Positions 1 to 16,958 of a DNA stretch of 64,000 nt are shown here, piece after piece (the first letter of the stretch is position 1; every line of letters begins with the position of its first letter). The stretch covers positions 9,238,001-9,302,000 of the forward strand of contig OX597835.1 of assembly GCA_951406725.2 (NCBI GenBank), written 5' to 3'. The translations under genes were made by a program, and so were the position numbers. The notes beneath the pieces are model-generated. The model was not told where the DNA came from and did no database searches. It saw nothing but the letters and a program-made list of their open reading frames with translations. This DNA comes from Octopus vulgaris (lineage: Eukaryota).

Positions 1-830
1 GACTGTAGAATAACTTCTTCAAGGAGTATATCCATGCAGGGACACCGGAGTACATCTACGCAAGATGCGTCACCTCAGACTGTAAAAGAAGGTAACTAAA
101 TTGAGTAAAGCTACACAGTCTGTGTGTTGCAAACTTCGGGCCTTCTACGATTGGTTTAAATTTAAGGTCGGTAGGATAGTGCATGTTTATACAAATTGAA
201 GTTGGTTATTTCCATGCATTCTTAATAGTTTGATTCTTATAGATTTTCCGAAGACCGTAGAAGTAGCTAGTCTTGCAATCAAAATGGCTTCGGTCGTCAC
301 ATTCTTTGTTTGTTAAATGTTTTTGATGTCTGTGAATGAGTGTGTTTAGTTTAGTCATTGCCTCTGATTTTTGGTAATTATTTTTCCTTTTCGTAGTGGA
401 CCATATTTTTTATAATAGAGCTAATATGTATTTTTTGTATTATTCAATATCCATGATAAATATTGCCCTTTCTTTATCTGTTTCCTTAATTATAATGTCC
501 TTATCGTTTGTCATTTCACGTTATTGTTTGTCAGTTCAGTAATATCCCATTCCTGTCGACTAGGGTGTGGAAGTTTTTTACAAGGTAGAAATAAAATCAG
601 TAAATTTATCTAAAGCTTTATTCTTAACTTTTGTAGGCTTGTAATTGCGCTTTACAATCGAATTGTCCCTGATTTGTTTATCGTACAATTCCTCTCTGAG
701 GCGTAGGTTTCTATAGAACTGTGAAATATTCTGTATTAACTGGAATCAAGGTACTGGGCGTTGGGGTAAATTTTAGACCTTTTGACAAAATATTAATTTC
801 TGCTTCTGAGAAAGCATTTCTATAGATTAG
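1..830 (-). mobile_element. Decayed Penelope-like element (PLE) reverse transcriptase, N-terminal part; runs off the window edge
   Basis: Manual minus-strand translation gives, in order, EINILSKGLKFTPTP (~760-800), NDKDIIIKETDKERAIFIMD (~450-510), TSYFYGLRKIYK (~237-272) and LKFKPIVEGPKFATHRL (~120-170). These match the PLE motifs LLSKGLNF.PTP, IIIKPADKG.AVVIMD, FYGLPKIHK and RPIVS. Stops and frameshifts are present. Confidence 0.8.
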
Positions 831-1371
831 CTATCTTCGGTTTGTACCACAAAAGCCTCACCTTTCCAACAAGTTATATTAAATATGGCTATGCGTGCGA
901 CTAATTGCATCCCACGAGATGGTACGGCTACCAAATTCAGTACATATTCCTCGCTGCTCTTCCGTGAGACACTTTGTTTATAGGAACCTCGACAAACCTG
1001 GTTACGTATGTATTCGTCGTGATCATCCAGAAGGGGCTAATCCTGGGGAACTCTCAATACAGAAAATAATGGGTGTCACAGTGTCCAGAATGACTCCAGA
1101 TCTTTAATCTTTAAGCAAAAACATGAATGAGAAAAGAAATCTAAAAGCTGTATAGGTTCAGTAACGTTTATTACAGTTAATACATTACAACCAATATTAC
1201 AATGATAACAGCGGTTTTCTCTTTTCAATCTTTCTTTCATGGAATAGAATTTTTCAAAATATTTTTCGCCGATATTATATTTCGTTTTGGCTTTTCTTTT
1301 CACATTCATCAAAAATTCCTCTAAATTTTGAAACTTTTGTAAGCATATGCGTACAATTATTATTATTATTA

Positions 1372-1428
<57 letters not shown>

Positions 1429-1608
1429 TATAAAACGTAATTGTGATGTACATTATTGTAATTTTATTTTCTTAAAAATTGTATTTGTTCAGATCCGCAG
1501 CTTCAAATGTAATGCTGATCTTTACAACATATATAGAATAACAACAATAATAATAAACATTTTCAAAAAATATAACAAGAATTATGCTAATAAATAAACT
1601 TAATAATG

Positions 1609-1693
<85 letters not shown>

Positions 1694-2188
1694 ACAAATT
1701 ACATTTTGGATTTATGAAATTATTATGTTCATTATTCTGTAATTTCATTCGCAATTTTTGCGCTCGAAATTTATAATTGTATCTTTCCGATTGCTTTGCA
1801 GTATTCTGGTAAATGTCGGACAAGTTAAAGATAGCAGAAGCTATGAACCACTACGTATTTACATATATAACTTTTTTTGACTAAATCAATTTCTAGTGCT
1901 ACTTTTCTTTATAACACTGAATTACTTAATTTATCTTTCTTAATGAGATCTACTGTCCTCTCTAATTTGCACTCATTTTAAATAGCAGCAATGACACACC
2001 GTTTGCCACTTCCAAACTCATTTTATTTCAACATATTTGTTATTAAATTTAATGATATAGTTTTCTTGATTTCTTGAAATTTATTGATTAAAAAATAACG
2101 TAATTTATTGTATTCTATATATGTACATATTTCTGCACATGTATGCGTATACATAAATATATTTGAGTGTGTGCGTGTATGCTTGTAT

Positions 2189-2265
<77 letters not shown>

Positions 2266-2382
2266 TATATATATCTATATATATATAGATATAGATATAG
2301 ATATATATATATACATATAGACATCTCAAGGTGGTGCCCCAGCATGGCTACAGTCTAATGACTGAAACAAGTAAAAGATATG

Positions 2383-2433
<51 letters not shown>

Positions 2434-2611
2434 TATGTATGTATGTATTATGTATGTATATATACACATATTTATGCATACATATATATATATATATAAA
2501 TCTTTAGTTAAATATATTCAATAAGAATATTATATTCTGAATTTATATTGATTGCTCCATTGTATCAAAGTATTAATACTATTAAAGTATTTATATGTTT
2601 AATACGAGCGA

Positions 2612-2726
<115 letters not shown>

Positions 2727-3762
2727 GTATATATATATGTGTGTGTGTGTATGTGTGTAGATATATATCTACTTATCTAACGTCGGTATATGAACGTATG
2801 TATAGAGATATATTGTTTAGTCGCCATTTGCTTTCTTGCTTTGTATCTTTTTTTTTCAAACGACAAATCGGAATCTTGCAATGCTTTTCTTACTATATGA
2901 ATGTAATAATGAAATCCATTTAAGTGGCCAGAGGATTTTCAAGTCGGAAGTTAAACTAATAAAAATGCTTTATATATGTAAAATAGTAATATTTGAGGAT
3001 AGTAACACGTTTGTTTTGTAGATATAGTGCGACTTGACTTTAATCTGGTAGATGTATTTCTGAATTTTCATATTTTTAAAGGAAAGATTTAAGATAAGTA
3101 ATAATTCAACAGTTGATTACAGAAACAATAAAATGAAAACATTTTATTTTTGTGGTTGTACGAAGAAAGGTTTTTCGTGATATTATATTTTGATAATGAA
3201 GAAATAAGTAATGAAACTGGTTTGCTGGAATAAAGGATTTCATGGGTACACCCCGGCGTTTCACCATAGAAAAAAAATGGACGTTTCTTTTTTAGTAGTC
3301 GTAAATGGATAAATTCTTTTTTCATCATGGGGAGAAAAAAGAATTACTTTCATGTTAGACGTTTCTTATTTTAATTCATTGCTTATAGAGTACGTAATAT
3401 TTAAAATAAATTATCGTAATTTATTTTAACTAATTAGAAAATAGCTATCAAAATTGACTAACCAGACAGAAATATTTTTCTTGGGTAAACGGTATTGAAT
3501 AAATAATCACCAACCTTCTTACTGTGCATTTTCCGGCCTCAGAATGATGGATGACGAAGTGAAACTTGGCAAGATATTAAATCGAAATAATCAAGTAAAA
3601 GACAAGTGAAAGACAAAATAATTACATACCACACCTAATCCAGATTACCATTCCTCTCACAAAATTAGTTCTATTATACTTTACGTAAATGTTGTCAAAA
3701 TACTATATACATGATGATGTGTATAAACTAAAAAACTGATATATAATTACACACACACGAAC

Positions 3763-3824
<62 letters not shown>

Positions 3825-4019
3825 ATGTATACCGAGAATGTTACTTGCCCTAATGTATGTACGTATGTATATATGTGTATTTGCGTATATATATATATAT
3901 ACACACATATATATATACATACTTATATATATATACATACTTATACGCATGTATTTTTATGTATCGAACGTAACTTAGAATTTTACGTTATAATCCCTCA
4001 AATTATATTTCAATGAGGT

Positions 4020-4062
<43 letters not shown>

Positions 4063-4999
4063 TTTTGTTGTTGTTGTTGTAGTTATTTAGAATAAATTAT
4101 ATAACTTTGGCACAAGGTGGCAAGTTTAAAAAAAACCTAGCAGAATCTATTTGTAATAAAATATTCTGATGGACAGCGCCAATATATGAATATATTATTC
4201 TGAAGTCACACATTCAGGGAAATTACCTGAAAGGATACAATCAAATATAACGTTCCCAGTGGTTGCCTGCTAAGTATTTAATTAATTCGGGAAGAAAGAG
4301 AAAACAAAATGTTACTGTGGGATTTCGATTACAGACCCTAAGGTGCTGGAGTGAATATCGCAAGGCATTTTGTTGCACGTTTTATGGTTCTGAAAATTCA
4401 CCGCCATGAAACGTAACAATTTTGGGGGTTTTATTTTTTGCTATGAGGCCGGAAATTTTGGACGTACGTGCACATCAACCTGATCTGTAGATTGTAAGTT
4501 ACTAGTACTTTAATTGTCAATTAACTAAAGTTTAGTGGTGTATTATTTCAAACCGTAACCCAAAGGGTTGAAAAAACAAAAAATATTTGCTGAACATAGA
4601 ATCTGATAATTTATATGTCCTGTTTGATTTAGTATTTATAATAACTTCGGATCGACTTCAAATATTACGACTTTGTGATTCGACGCATTCCTATCAAAAA
4701 GGTAAAGCATTAAAACATTTTTGCTTTGTTTAGAATCAGTTCACTCGCAACGAAATCAACAAATTTCCGCTGTTCTTAAGTATTTGCTATGATATTTCCC
4801 ACGGCTCGAATTATCAAATACATGAAATTTAAATACCAAAATACTTAGACGTTGCTCAATAAAAATTACGAAAAATTAATTACTGCTATGAAGGTATTTG
4901 CAATACAAAATTTCGACAATTTAGAAACAGAAATAAAAGAAATATATGCCATTTTTTGTATGCTTCAATACTTACATAAATATACACACACATACACTC

Positions 5000-5041
<42 letters not shown>

Positions 5042-5220
5042 ATGTATGTGTGTATGTGTGTGTGCGTGTGTGTGTTTGTGTGTGTATGTATGTGTGTGTG
5101 CGAGTGTGTGAGTGTGCGTGTGTGTGCGTGAGTGTGTGTGTACATGTATAAACGCATACACACATATATATATATATATACTTATATACACACATAGATA
5201 GTTAGATAGATAGATAGATA

Positions 5221-6487
5221 CGAGGAATGACTGAAAATATCAGACGCTGACCATGAAAAAGTAAATCAAGAGCTGTGAAATCTTGAATGCATTAATTTCA
5301 ACAATTTTTATTAATAACTGCAGCATTGTTTTTTCTGGGGTTTTTTTTTTCATTTTCATCTGACTGTAGCAGGAAGTCTTCAGAAATAACTTATACATAC
5401 GTCTCTTAAAAAGTGACGATATTTGACATCGTGGTGTTATAAAGTACTCGCTGTAAAAGAGTTTTGCCCATTAAGTAAATTCATGGTTACAACATTAGCA
5501 GATGATATGCCAGCTTTGTCAACAGCCCAAAAGTGGGAAGCTGAAGTTAGAAGGAAAAGGAGGGGTCTCGAAATGACCACGGTCTGAACGTTCTGCAAAT
5601 GCCAAGGCCTAGAAAATACTCAATCAATTTCCACCAGATTCCGATGGATAACAGGCCTATTAGCATATCCCGTGAGAGACTTGAGAAGTTGGCACGATGA
5701 AGATGAGTGGCACGATGAAGATGCTCGGTGAGTGTCACATTATCTGATACCTTATCAAAAGCGCGGCAGGGTGATCCCATCACTGGGAAATCTGACATTG
5801 CTTCAGACAGATCTTTGGACATTTCTGGTTTCTTCGGGCATTTTCCAACCCAGGATGAGTGTTAAGTTCCTCACTTTCGGCCAGAGAAATCTATGCAGGG
5901 TAAATATCCCACCTGCCCCGTCTCAAACAAGGCCGTGATCATTTCGTATACAGGGAGGCCGATGGCCTGATTTGTCTGAGATGCATAAAGCATTGTGTTT
6001 ATTGACTCACTTCAAGAAAGCGACACCACCAATTGAGAATACAATGCGAAATTCCAGATGCAGTTACGAAAGGCTATCAATATCAGACGCCCATGAGAAG
6101 TGGAGACAGGCTTCTTCTTTCATCAGAGCAATGCTCCAGCACATATGTCCTTTGTCTCAATGGCTGCTGTGCATGACTGTCTTGTTTGATCAGCCTCCCT
6201 AATCACCTGATTTTGCAGTATCTAACTATCAAGTGTTCTCCAACCTGAAAAAAAAACAGCACTTGGCTAGGAACCAGTATGGCAGTGATGATGACGTCAT
6301 TTCTGCTGTTGACGATTCGTTTAATCAACAAGATGAAAGGTTCCTTCACCAATGGGATCTAAGCAAGGCAAGACCGATGGAATTGGTGCATGGATTGCAA
6401 GGGGCATTATGTTGAAAACTAAACCTCATTTGGTTATATTCCATGAGAGCATCTTGGTCAGCGTATGGTCTTTTCAGTCGACCCTCG
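5221..6487 (+). mobile_element. Full-length but decayed mariner DNA transposon (~1.27 kb)
   Basis: Imperfect ~32 bp TIRs: cgaggaatgactgaaaatatcagacgctgacc on the left versus the reverse complement cgagggtcgactgaaaagaccatacgctgacc on the right. TA flanks both sides (5219-20, 6488-89). Remnant motifs HQSNAPAH (~6121) and QPP*SPDFAVSNYQVFSNLKK (~6191) correspond to mariner HDNAPAH and HPPYSPDLAPSDYHLF. Confidence 0.88.
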
Positions 6488-6730
6488 TACACGATATGTG
6501 TGTGTGTGTCTGTGTGTGCCTATGTGTGAATCTGTGTGTGCATGTATGTATGTATGTTTGCATATATGCATCAATATATATACGTGTTTGTGTAGGTATG
6601 TATGAGTGTATACATCCTAACATATATACATGAATTACATGTATGTTCCTTCTTTCAATATAATTTAACAACGGCATTTAAAATATGTAAATTAACATCT
6701 TGTGTATTGTTTCGGACACACACACACACG

Positions 6731-6816
<86 letters not shown>

Positions 6817-8039
6817 TGTGTATATATAAATATGTATTTGTATATGCTTATATATATATATATATATATATATAATGTGTGTGTATGCATGTGCGTGTGT
6901 GTGTGTTTTCGTATAAACATTGTACGTATGTCCAAAATATCAGCAGCTAATTTTTTAAATTCCTCACATAGGATGATGGAGCAGTATACCTGCCAAAAAA
7001 ACGCCTGCACTTACTATACGGACGAAGCGCCTTTTTTCTTTCTTTCGTTTTCCCCCCCTTTTTTAAATTGAATTAGAAATTTATATGAAACAGTTTATGA
7101 TATATGTAAAAATAAAATCAACGGTAGTAGCATTAAACAAATGTGGTGATCATTATTGTATACAGTGGCATTAGTGTTATGAAATATACAGATTGATTCC
7201 TGCTAGGTATTGGAACCGGTTCACCCTTAAGTGTCTTTTCGTATTGATATATTTTTACGTTTCTATCAATACTTCAATGCGGTGCCCATACATTGTAACA
7301 CAGGCACAAGATAACACATTTTCTTCTGTGAAGGCGGAAGTCGCGCAGCAATTGTCGATAAAATAGTCCCAAGTTGTAACAGACTTGGAAAGTGTTAAGG
7401 AGAAAGATTAACTTTGAGGATTATGAATAGCGGAAAATTATAATCATTACTGAATTAATAATCATTCACCTACAATTTCCGTCCACCACCACTCTAAAAA
7501 TAATATTCAGAAACATTTTGTTCACATAGACACAAGGCCAGATAAATAGCATTAATAACAATAAAGAAAACATTGGTTATTTAGTCATGATAGCTGAGCA
7601 TGGTGTGATGTGAGAGTGGTAGGTGTTAGCTAGGAGAGTTCAGAAATATATATGAACTGCTTTCACAATGGAACCGATTTCATATCAGTTTGAACTTCGC
7701 AGTAAAATACAAAACTATGTTAACAACGACAATGATAGTAATAGTTGCTCACAGTGGCAAAAAGGACACCAGTTTCAGATATATTTATAGTGGATTTAGT
7801 CGATAAAATACATGAGATGTTACTTATTTTATTGAGTCTGAAGTCAGATGAAACGTAACTTTCATCTTGCTTGGTTATGAAGATACATACAATACGAAAA
7901 CTGAATGTTATTTATACTGAGGTCCGACGTTCTATGTGTCAGATGATAATGCACCAAAGAAGAATTTTGGTATGACCATTATAAACATGATTTAAAACTC
8001 AAAAACAAACAAAATAGTGACGCATAGACAGACACACTC

Positions 8040-8108
<69 letters not shown>

Positions 8109-8178
8109 CTTGTATATATATATATATATACAAGTATACATGTATGTATATATATATATATTTATATACATATAAACC

Positions 8179-8231
<53 letters not shown>

Positions 8232-9540
8232 ACACAGTGGTTAAGTGTAATTGTGTGTGTATACGTAGGTGTATATAAAAAAAAATTAAATTAACTTAGA
8301 AATTGCGCTGTGTTTCTCTTATCATTTGAAGTTTTAATCAATTTTATTTAGATAAGGTTGCCTAAATATCTTTTTATGTGAAAGTATAGTTCATAGTTCA
8401 GAAAATAGCTCTCTTTGATTGCTTTAATGTAATGAGGATATTTGTTACTTTAACCTTTTTTTTTTCTTTCTTTAACAATTATCTTTGATGTTATTTGTAG
8501 TTGTTGTTACCATGTCTTCAACAAATCTTGTTTCATTTTCTTATTTAGATCTTGACAGAGTGAACATATGGTGCACGTGAGACTAGTCATGATTATCCCG
8601 TATCACATCTAATTAAACATTATCTATCTCAAACTCTCGTATCCCATACGTCTCCCTTCAGCATACCTCAATACACGTATAAGTTTAGCTGCGTTATAAG
8701 CAAGTCGTTTGACATTATGCTACATTTCAATGCGTCTTGTAATAGGAGATTTGATAAAATATTTTGGAAACTACAGCTTAAATACTCTCAAAATGTGAGA
8801 CTTTTCCAATAGTTGAAAATAAGCCAAACTATTACTATAAATAAAGATAAACATCCATAAATCTTTTACTTAAGTCCAGCAGATTTAATGATCTAGATTC
8901 AAGTTAGATTCTTAAGTAAAGCAGCAGTGAAAATGTTTCAGCCAGTACCCTAGTCCAATTTGAAGGAATTTTTCTTCTGCAAAAATATAATTTATTTGCT
9001 GTAATATTTAATGTTATATACATTCAAAAGATATTTTGATCGTAAGTAAGATATATTTTCAGAAACATTGTATGTGTTTAATCATTTTCATCCATGACAA
9101 TCGGATGTTTATTTGCTATTTTCGCATTCGTATATCTGATGCTATCCAATTGCCCATGCCTACTCCAATATAATATGAGATCTCTAAATGATTTTAGCGA
9201 ATAGAAAATATTTAACTCATTCTCCACTAATTTGAAAGGAATCCGTGATTAATGGTATCTATCATTTGTTATTTATGTACATAGACATATGTGGACATTG
9301 CAAGTTACATTTATGTGCTATGCCTACGTTCCTTTCAAAGACATACCGACCCCCAAGAGTATTGTACGCTATAGTAAACTTTTGGCCCGAAATTCCGAAA
9401 GGTCGTACACTACCGGCAGTTAAATACCCAAGATTGCTTAAATACGTTCACACACAATCACGTGTATCATTTGTAGATATACATACGGTATGAATGCGCA
9501 CACATACATTCATACGACCGGAATATATAAGATCATTAAA

Positions 9541-9607
<67 letters not shown>

Positions 9608-10356
9608 CATATATATAAATGTACTTTAAATGGAAATTTGTCAATATTGCAGAACTACAGCAAATCTACAGCATGCAGGATTTGTATACATTATCATTAT
9701 TGCCGAATATATATATATATACATATATGCTCGCTTATATATGCATATATATAATATAAATATATATATATATATTCATATGTATATATATATAGACATA
9801 TATAAATATGTTCATACACGTGTGTATAATTCAGTGATAACAAAACTGCCTTCAAAAGCTTTTATCTTCCTAGTGTCGTATGTGTATCGTGATATTAATT
9901 TAAGCCACTTCGAAATAAGTTTACTATATTTTAAAGATGCGGTTGCATTTGTAGCTCAGCAATACCTCTAATGATTTTGGTCTTACGGATTTACCAAGAT
10001 ATTATTTTAATCCAAAAGATACAATATCTTGCGTGTTTTCGCAAATGGGGAATTGTTCCAAGCAATGTTTTCCATTAAATGTTACACAAAATCTCTGAAG
10101 AACTTTAAATGAGGCTAATAAGGATTAGATATAGAATATAATATTAATGTCAGTAGTTCTATAGTAGACAATATTAAAAGCTGAAATATGTTCATTTTTG
10201 TTTATGTGTAGGTTGATAATAGGACACCGATCGCCTATCGATAATCTCATCTACTCTTCACTATCCGTTGCACTAAGTCTGACATTCTATAGGCAAATAC
10301 ACAAACATATATATGTGTGTGCATATATACATACACACACACACACTCACACACAC

Positions 10357-10396
<40 letters not shown>

Positions 10397-12189
10397 CATA
10401 GGTACACACGCATATATAGCTCTTTCATTTTAAAACATTTCCGTCTGGATAAATTAACACTGAATGCAAATAATTTTAATTGAACCACCGGCACCATGCG
10501 AAGCACTTAACGTATGTGCTATATATTTTCCCTTGTGCGGTAGATATGTTCAAAGTATTCGTCTTTGCAATAACGTAGTTGACACAGAATGTAATCTGCT
10601 CGATAACATCAGAAACGAATGTAATAAATATTGGCAAGTGTACCGCGTTACCCTGACCAACATTCGTGCATCTTTTCCTCTTGTTCCCACTGGGAGAGAA
10701 CTATAAACACTCAGCTAGATTAAACTGTCACTAGATCTAATCACTCTGCCTTTTCCCTCTAATATTACATTTAAATATTAGGCTAATTTTTGATATTCAT
10801 TCCCAAATTTCTCGTGGTTTGTGTTATTCCCATTGAAATATAACGTTGTATATTCATTATTTAAACGATGTTAACCATATCAACCCGCTTAAATATTTCT
10901 CTTAAAGCCTGTAGATAACGTTAAATATATAGGACGCCGTCTTTGCAATCAAAAGACCATATGTTGTACCCCAACATAGCACAAAAATATGTTCCTTATA
11001 ACTGGCCTCGAGTCGAGGCAAACGTGTGGAAATTTGATAGATAGGGTATATGTATGGACCCGGGAATGGCTGTTACCTGTAATTAAAATTTGGAAAAGTG
11101 GGTTCCAAATTGTCGCTCTGTTGTCGAACGCGGTGTAATTGAAGAGAAGAATAACTGGGGAATAATCATGTACGTATATATAAAAACATCGCTTTTTGCT
11201 TCAAAAAACAGTCCGTGAATTTCCTACATTTACCCTCGTAACTAGTATCTTAGATCATTGTTTATATTGATTTATCTTGTTGAAGTTACTATCGTATTAT
11301 AGATTCTAGCGGTTTGACTGTAGATCGTCTGCATAAATAGAAAATATCATAAAAATATTGTAGCTATGATATCATATTTTATGAGGCTGACTTTACTTTT
11401 AAATAGAAAGCCTCTTCCGAAACAGAATTGTTTAGATTTCATGATAAAAGAACAAACAGCGCTTTAAACAAAAAATGAACATGTAAATAGAATTTTAGTC
11501 ACTTTGTTTTATTGGAAATGGTAACATGTAGAATTAGATTTAATTGTAATAAAGTTTGCAACTCAAAATACGTAAACGAAAATTGTTTATACTGAAATGA
11601 AAATCAAAATATTTCAAAGATGATTAAATATCGGTCATTGATGCTATATGGCATTAAAGAATTATGGCATTATATTCAAGAATATATCTGAGAACAATAA
11701 ATATATTTCATAGGTTATGCGTGAGAAGAAAATTACTATTTCTTACGTCATTATAAATTATCCAAAAATATTTTTGTTTTATATAAATAACAATTCATAT
11801 ATTTAGAACAAAAATATCGCAATTATAGAATAGCAAATATTTGCTCGGCATAAAAAACTCTAAATATTTCATGAATTGTCTTTGATCTAAATGATTTAAA
11901 TTCATTTGTTGCTGATGGGAAGAACAAACCAAGGCTATGACCTGAACAACAGGAGATGCTTATATTAACCAAATTACGTCTATTATTTTATAATTTTCTT
12001 ACTACAAGCATTAAGGAAAAAAAAATAGGTAAATGCTTTAGAATTTTTATGAACTAAAATTTTAAATAACTATTTTAGGGAAAATGAATGAAAAGTTTAG
12101 CAACGAAATGTCAATGAATGATAATGGAAGTTGATGAGTCACAAAAGCATTGTTAATAATTATAATTTTTAAACTTATAAGGGATATTT

Positions 12190-12745
<556 letters not shown>

Positions 12746-15526
12746 GCTTTAGGAGATTCACTCCCAATGTTAAAATAAACAGAGATAGAAAATAAATTCC
12801 AGAATACAAACTATATAAATTATGCCCAACTATCAGACATAGCACAAAAGAATAATACAATTTTCCGAACTTAAATGACCGAGGTGGACCGAACATACAC
12901 ACGACAAACAAAATAGGGAATTTAAATAGAGCTTTACTAAAAATACCTACAGAAATAATCAGCAGGGATTAAGTAAAAAAAACAACATGTACAAAAATAT
13001 TGTTAAATGTAGATGTGAGGAACACTTAAATATATGGAACAGTTAACGTGGTAAAATATGAATTTAGAAACCAAACTAATCAACAATATACACCCCAAGG
13101 ATGAAAACAAATCACAATTTTTGTCTAACGCAAATATAAGTAAAAGGGACACGAGAATAAATACGGAACGAATATACTTACAAAGATTCGAGGGTAATTA
13201 CCTACTTATATCCAATATAACAAACCCAGAGTAAACAATATAGCAGAAAATTACCAAAATATCACGAAATAAGGGAAGGGATCTTTTAATAATTAATACA
13301 AATGGTAAGGAAATATAGAACTAAAAAATAACAAAATGATATGCAATATAAACTAAAAGATATAAAAGTATTTAAAATAAGAAAATAATCCTAGCTAATC
13401 AGACGAGAGATAACAAAGATTCCTTGAATAAATATTGCGATTTTATCGGAAACAATGTCATTGTAAAGAGATACTTAATACTAAAGCCTGGATTAAAAGA
13501 AAAAGAAATAATTATTTGGAAGTGGATGGTCTGAGAAGAATTCAATACCGCAGTGATTGTTGTTTAAACAGGTAGGAACAAAACAATGCCATAAATATCC
13601 GGGATGTATTTCAGATGTGTCAAACAACAAACGCACCTGAATTCAGAAGATTATAAAAATGTCTCACACTTCCGCATATAACAAATACAAATAAGGCGCC
13701 AGCAGAAAAGTCTGATAAGATATTAAAAGAGGAAATAAGTGCGGAGAAGCAGCTCATGCTAAAAATTAGAAATTCAAATCTTCTCTTCTGTAAGGTTAAT
13801 GCAATTTTGACTGCAGTGCTATCACAAGGAAGAAGGATGTGTTTAAATGAAAACGAAACGATCTTTGAACAGAAGTGATTTGATTGATTAGAAGTACATC
13901 ATTGAAAATGGGGAAAATAGTATTGGTATGGATGAGATTCACAGCTATATTTCCTTTTTGTGTCATCCTTAAAGTTTAATGCAAGAAACATAAAACATAT
14001 AAGCTACCGCAGTATATGAAACAGTATTGTAAATAGAAAGAAATGTGAGAATTATAAACTTAACCTACATAATAACATGGAGAAATATTTCATGAGGACT
14101 ATCCTTCTTAAATGCTTTTCAACATGGACGAAACATTTTAGACTAACGTGTCCAATGAAGGTAGGTCCATATAAGACGCTACGATATCTCTATTAAAACG
14201 ACGTGCAGACTGCTGTTAGTTCAAACAACTTGAGGCTGATTTACAAAAAGAATTCTGATATTTGGATTACGAAAATGCAAGAGGTCAATCTGGAACAGAT
14301 GAACTTTAATAAACAACGGTACATCATAATGTTAGTACATAAGAAAATGAAGTAGGTGGAAAACATACTTATAAATACTTAGATCTGAATGAACTAAAAA
14401 ATAATATCACGAAAGCAGAAGCAGTAAATATTTTAGATGCATTACAACAATATCTAGAACAGAATTATGATCCAGTTCTCTAAACTGAAGCTATGCACTA
14501 ATATGGTTATATTTATAACTGGACGGTGAAAGGAAAAAAACTAATATAATTTGATAAGAAAAATAAGGAAGAAAACCTAAAATATCGAAGAAAACCAGCG
14601 TTAATGAATAAATCCTCGAAAAACTGAAATACAAAGAAGATATTTACCATAAATATAAGGTGATAAGCTTCTTAGGCAACATGTAGGAAATAAATAGCTC
14701 CAATTTACGAAGCAAATAAAGGAAAGCACATTCTTCAGCCATTAAATACATCAAATATAAAACATGGAGTGAAATGGCAGCTGTGAAAAGCAATTTTAAA
14801 GGAACAAGAAATTTTGTCAGCAGCTTAGAAAAGCTACATAAATTGCGTGTATGAAATGAGGACGAAGAATTCGATATGGGTAATACCTGGAAAATTTGAG
14901 TTGGAACATACAAATGTTGCAGGAAGAGATGCGAATAATAGGAGACAAAGATTACACCGAATTATTCTTGTGACTGTGCGAGAAACAACCAAATGCCTGA
15001 AAGCAAACAGAATATTTAAATAACTGAAGAAGACAGGGAAGTTGGGGAAAAAATTAGAACTTTGTTACCGGCAGTTATATATTGGCTTGAATCAGATACG
15101 GGAAAGGCAGAGTTGGAATTTTGATACGTTGGAAGATACACCATCATTATGAAATAGTAGGAGAAATAATGAGGGTATAAAATAAGACTCGAAAAGATAA
15201 AACAGAATGACAGGGAATATTTACTATATTCCTTAGATCAAAACTAACCATGAGATACTATTACGAAGGAGAGAAAGAGAAAAAGTGACACCAAAGTGAA
15301 GCAGCAATGAAAACAGATGTTAATATATCAAATAAACAAAGATTTATTCAAATATCAAGAGACATTGATAAAGGTGTCGAAAGGTAACAGAAATAATCCT
15401 TATATTTATAGGTACCTTGGGGATGTTTACAAACCATGCTGACATACATAACCGAAATTTCAAGTTATAACATATAGATGAATTATGAAAAATACCATCG
15501 GCACGTACTACATACACGCACACTTT

Positions 15527-15585
<59 letters not shown>

Positions 15586-15709
15586 GCACAAACACACACA
15601 CACGTTTTCAACAGAAAACACTGAACGGAAAGTAAAATACAAGGTCCACTTTCTTTAGTTAGTCCTTTGAAAGTATGCAACAAGATGAAGATTTCCGATT
15701 GGTCATAAC

Positions 15710-15749
15710 AATAACAATAATAATGATGATGATGATGATGATGATGATG

Positions 15750-15791
<42 letters not shown>

Positions 15792-15854
15792 GTAACAATA
15801 ATAATGATGATGATAATAATAATAATAATGATGATAATAATAATAATAATGATG

Positions 15855-15885
<31 letters not shown>

Positions 15886-15905
15886 TAATAATAACAATAG
15901 TGATG

Positions 15906-15937
<32 letters not shown>

Positions 15938-16045
15938 GATGAGGAGGAGGAGGAGGACTGTAATGATGATGGTGGTGGTGGTGGTGGTGGTGGTGATGAT
16001 TATGATGATGATGATAATGATGATGATGATGAGGAGGAGGAGGAG
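15710..16045. repeat. Compound trinucleotide microsatellite (GAT)/(AAT)/(GAG)/(GGT)
   Basis: Directly visible. Confidence 0.95.
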
Positions 16046-16471
16046 AGGAAATTGATAATATATAAATGGGACGAAATATTGGTTGCAAATGTATGAGACA
16101 ATTGTGATATTTGGGATAATATCTACGTTGATGGGATTAGAACAAATATATTCCTGATTTAAGGTGTGTGAAAGTATAACGTGTATTCACGTAACACAAA
16201 ACAGAGTGGTGTATACGTATATACACATACATACGTTTGTGTGTGTGTATGTATATGTATATATGTATAGATGTATACATATATAAATATAAACACACAT
16301 ATATACATACATATATATATATATACATGTATATATATATACATATATATACTTATGTGTTCTTACTTTCATATACGCACTCATATACGAGTGTCTGTGT
16401 GTATGTATATGTATATATATATAAATGTATACATTTATATTTATGTATGTATATATATATATATGTATATA

Positions 16472-16520
<49 letters not shown>

Positions 16521-16855
16521 ATATATATATAAATATTTGATTTTCAATGAAAGTGCAAATGTGTTTAGTGAAGTTGTAAGATTATTTATAACCGTTTACA
16601 GAATATTGTAGGAAAACTTATTTTTTTACAATGGAACAATATTCAAAATTGATAGACATTCATTGTTTTCCATTCTTTGGATTCTATCAGATTGTTTTGT
16701 ACATTTTTCAAGCTTCACTTGTAGTTTAATGAAAAGGAAAAATTAAAAAATATATAAACAAAAACACATAAAATTACAATTCAAATAGGCGACTTCATCA
16801 ACACTGATACATGTATGTATGCATGTATGTATGTATATATATATATACATATACA

Positions 16856-16958
<103 letters not shown>

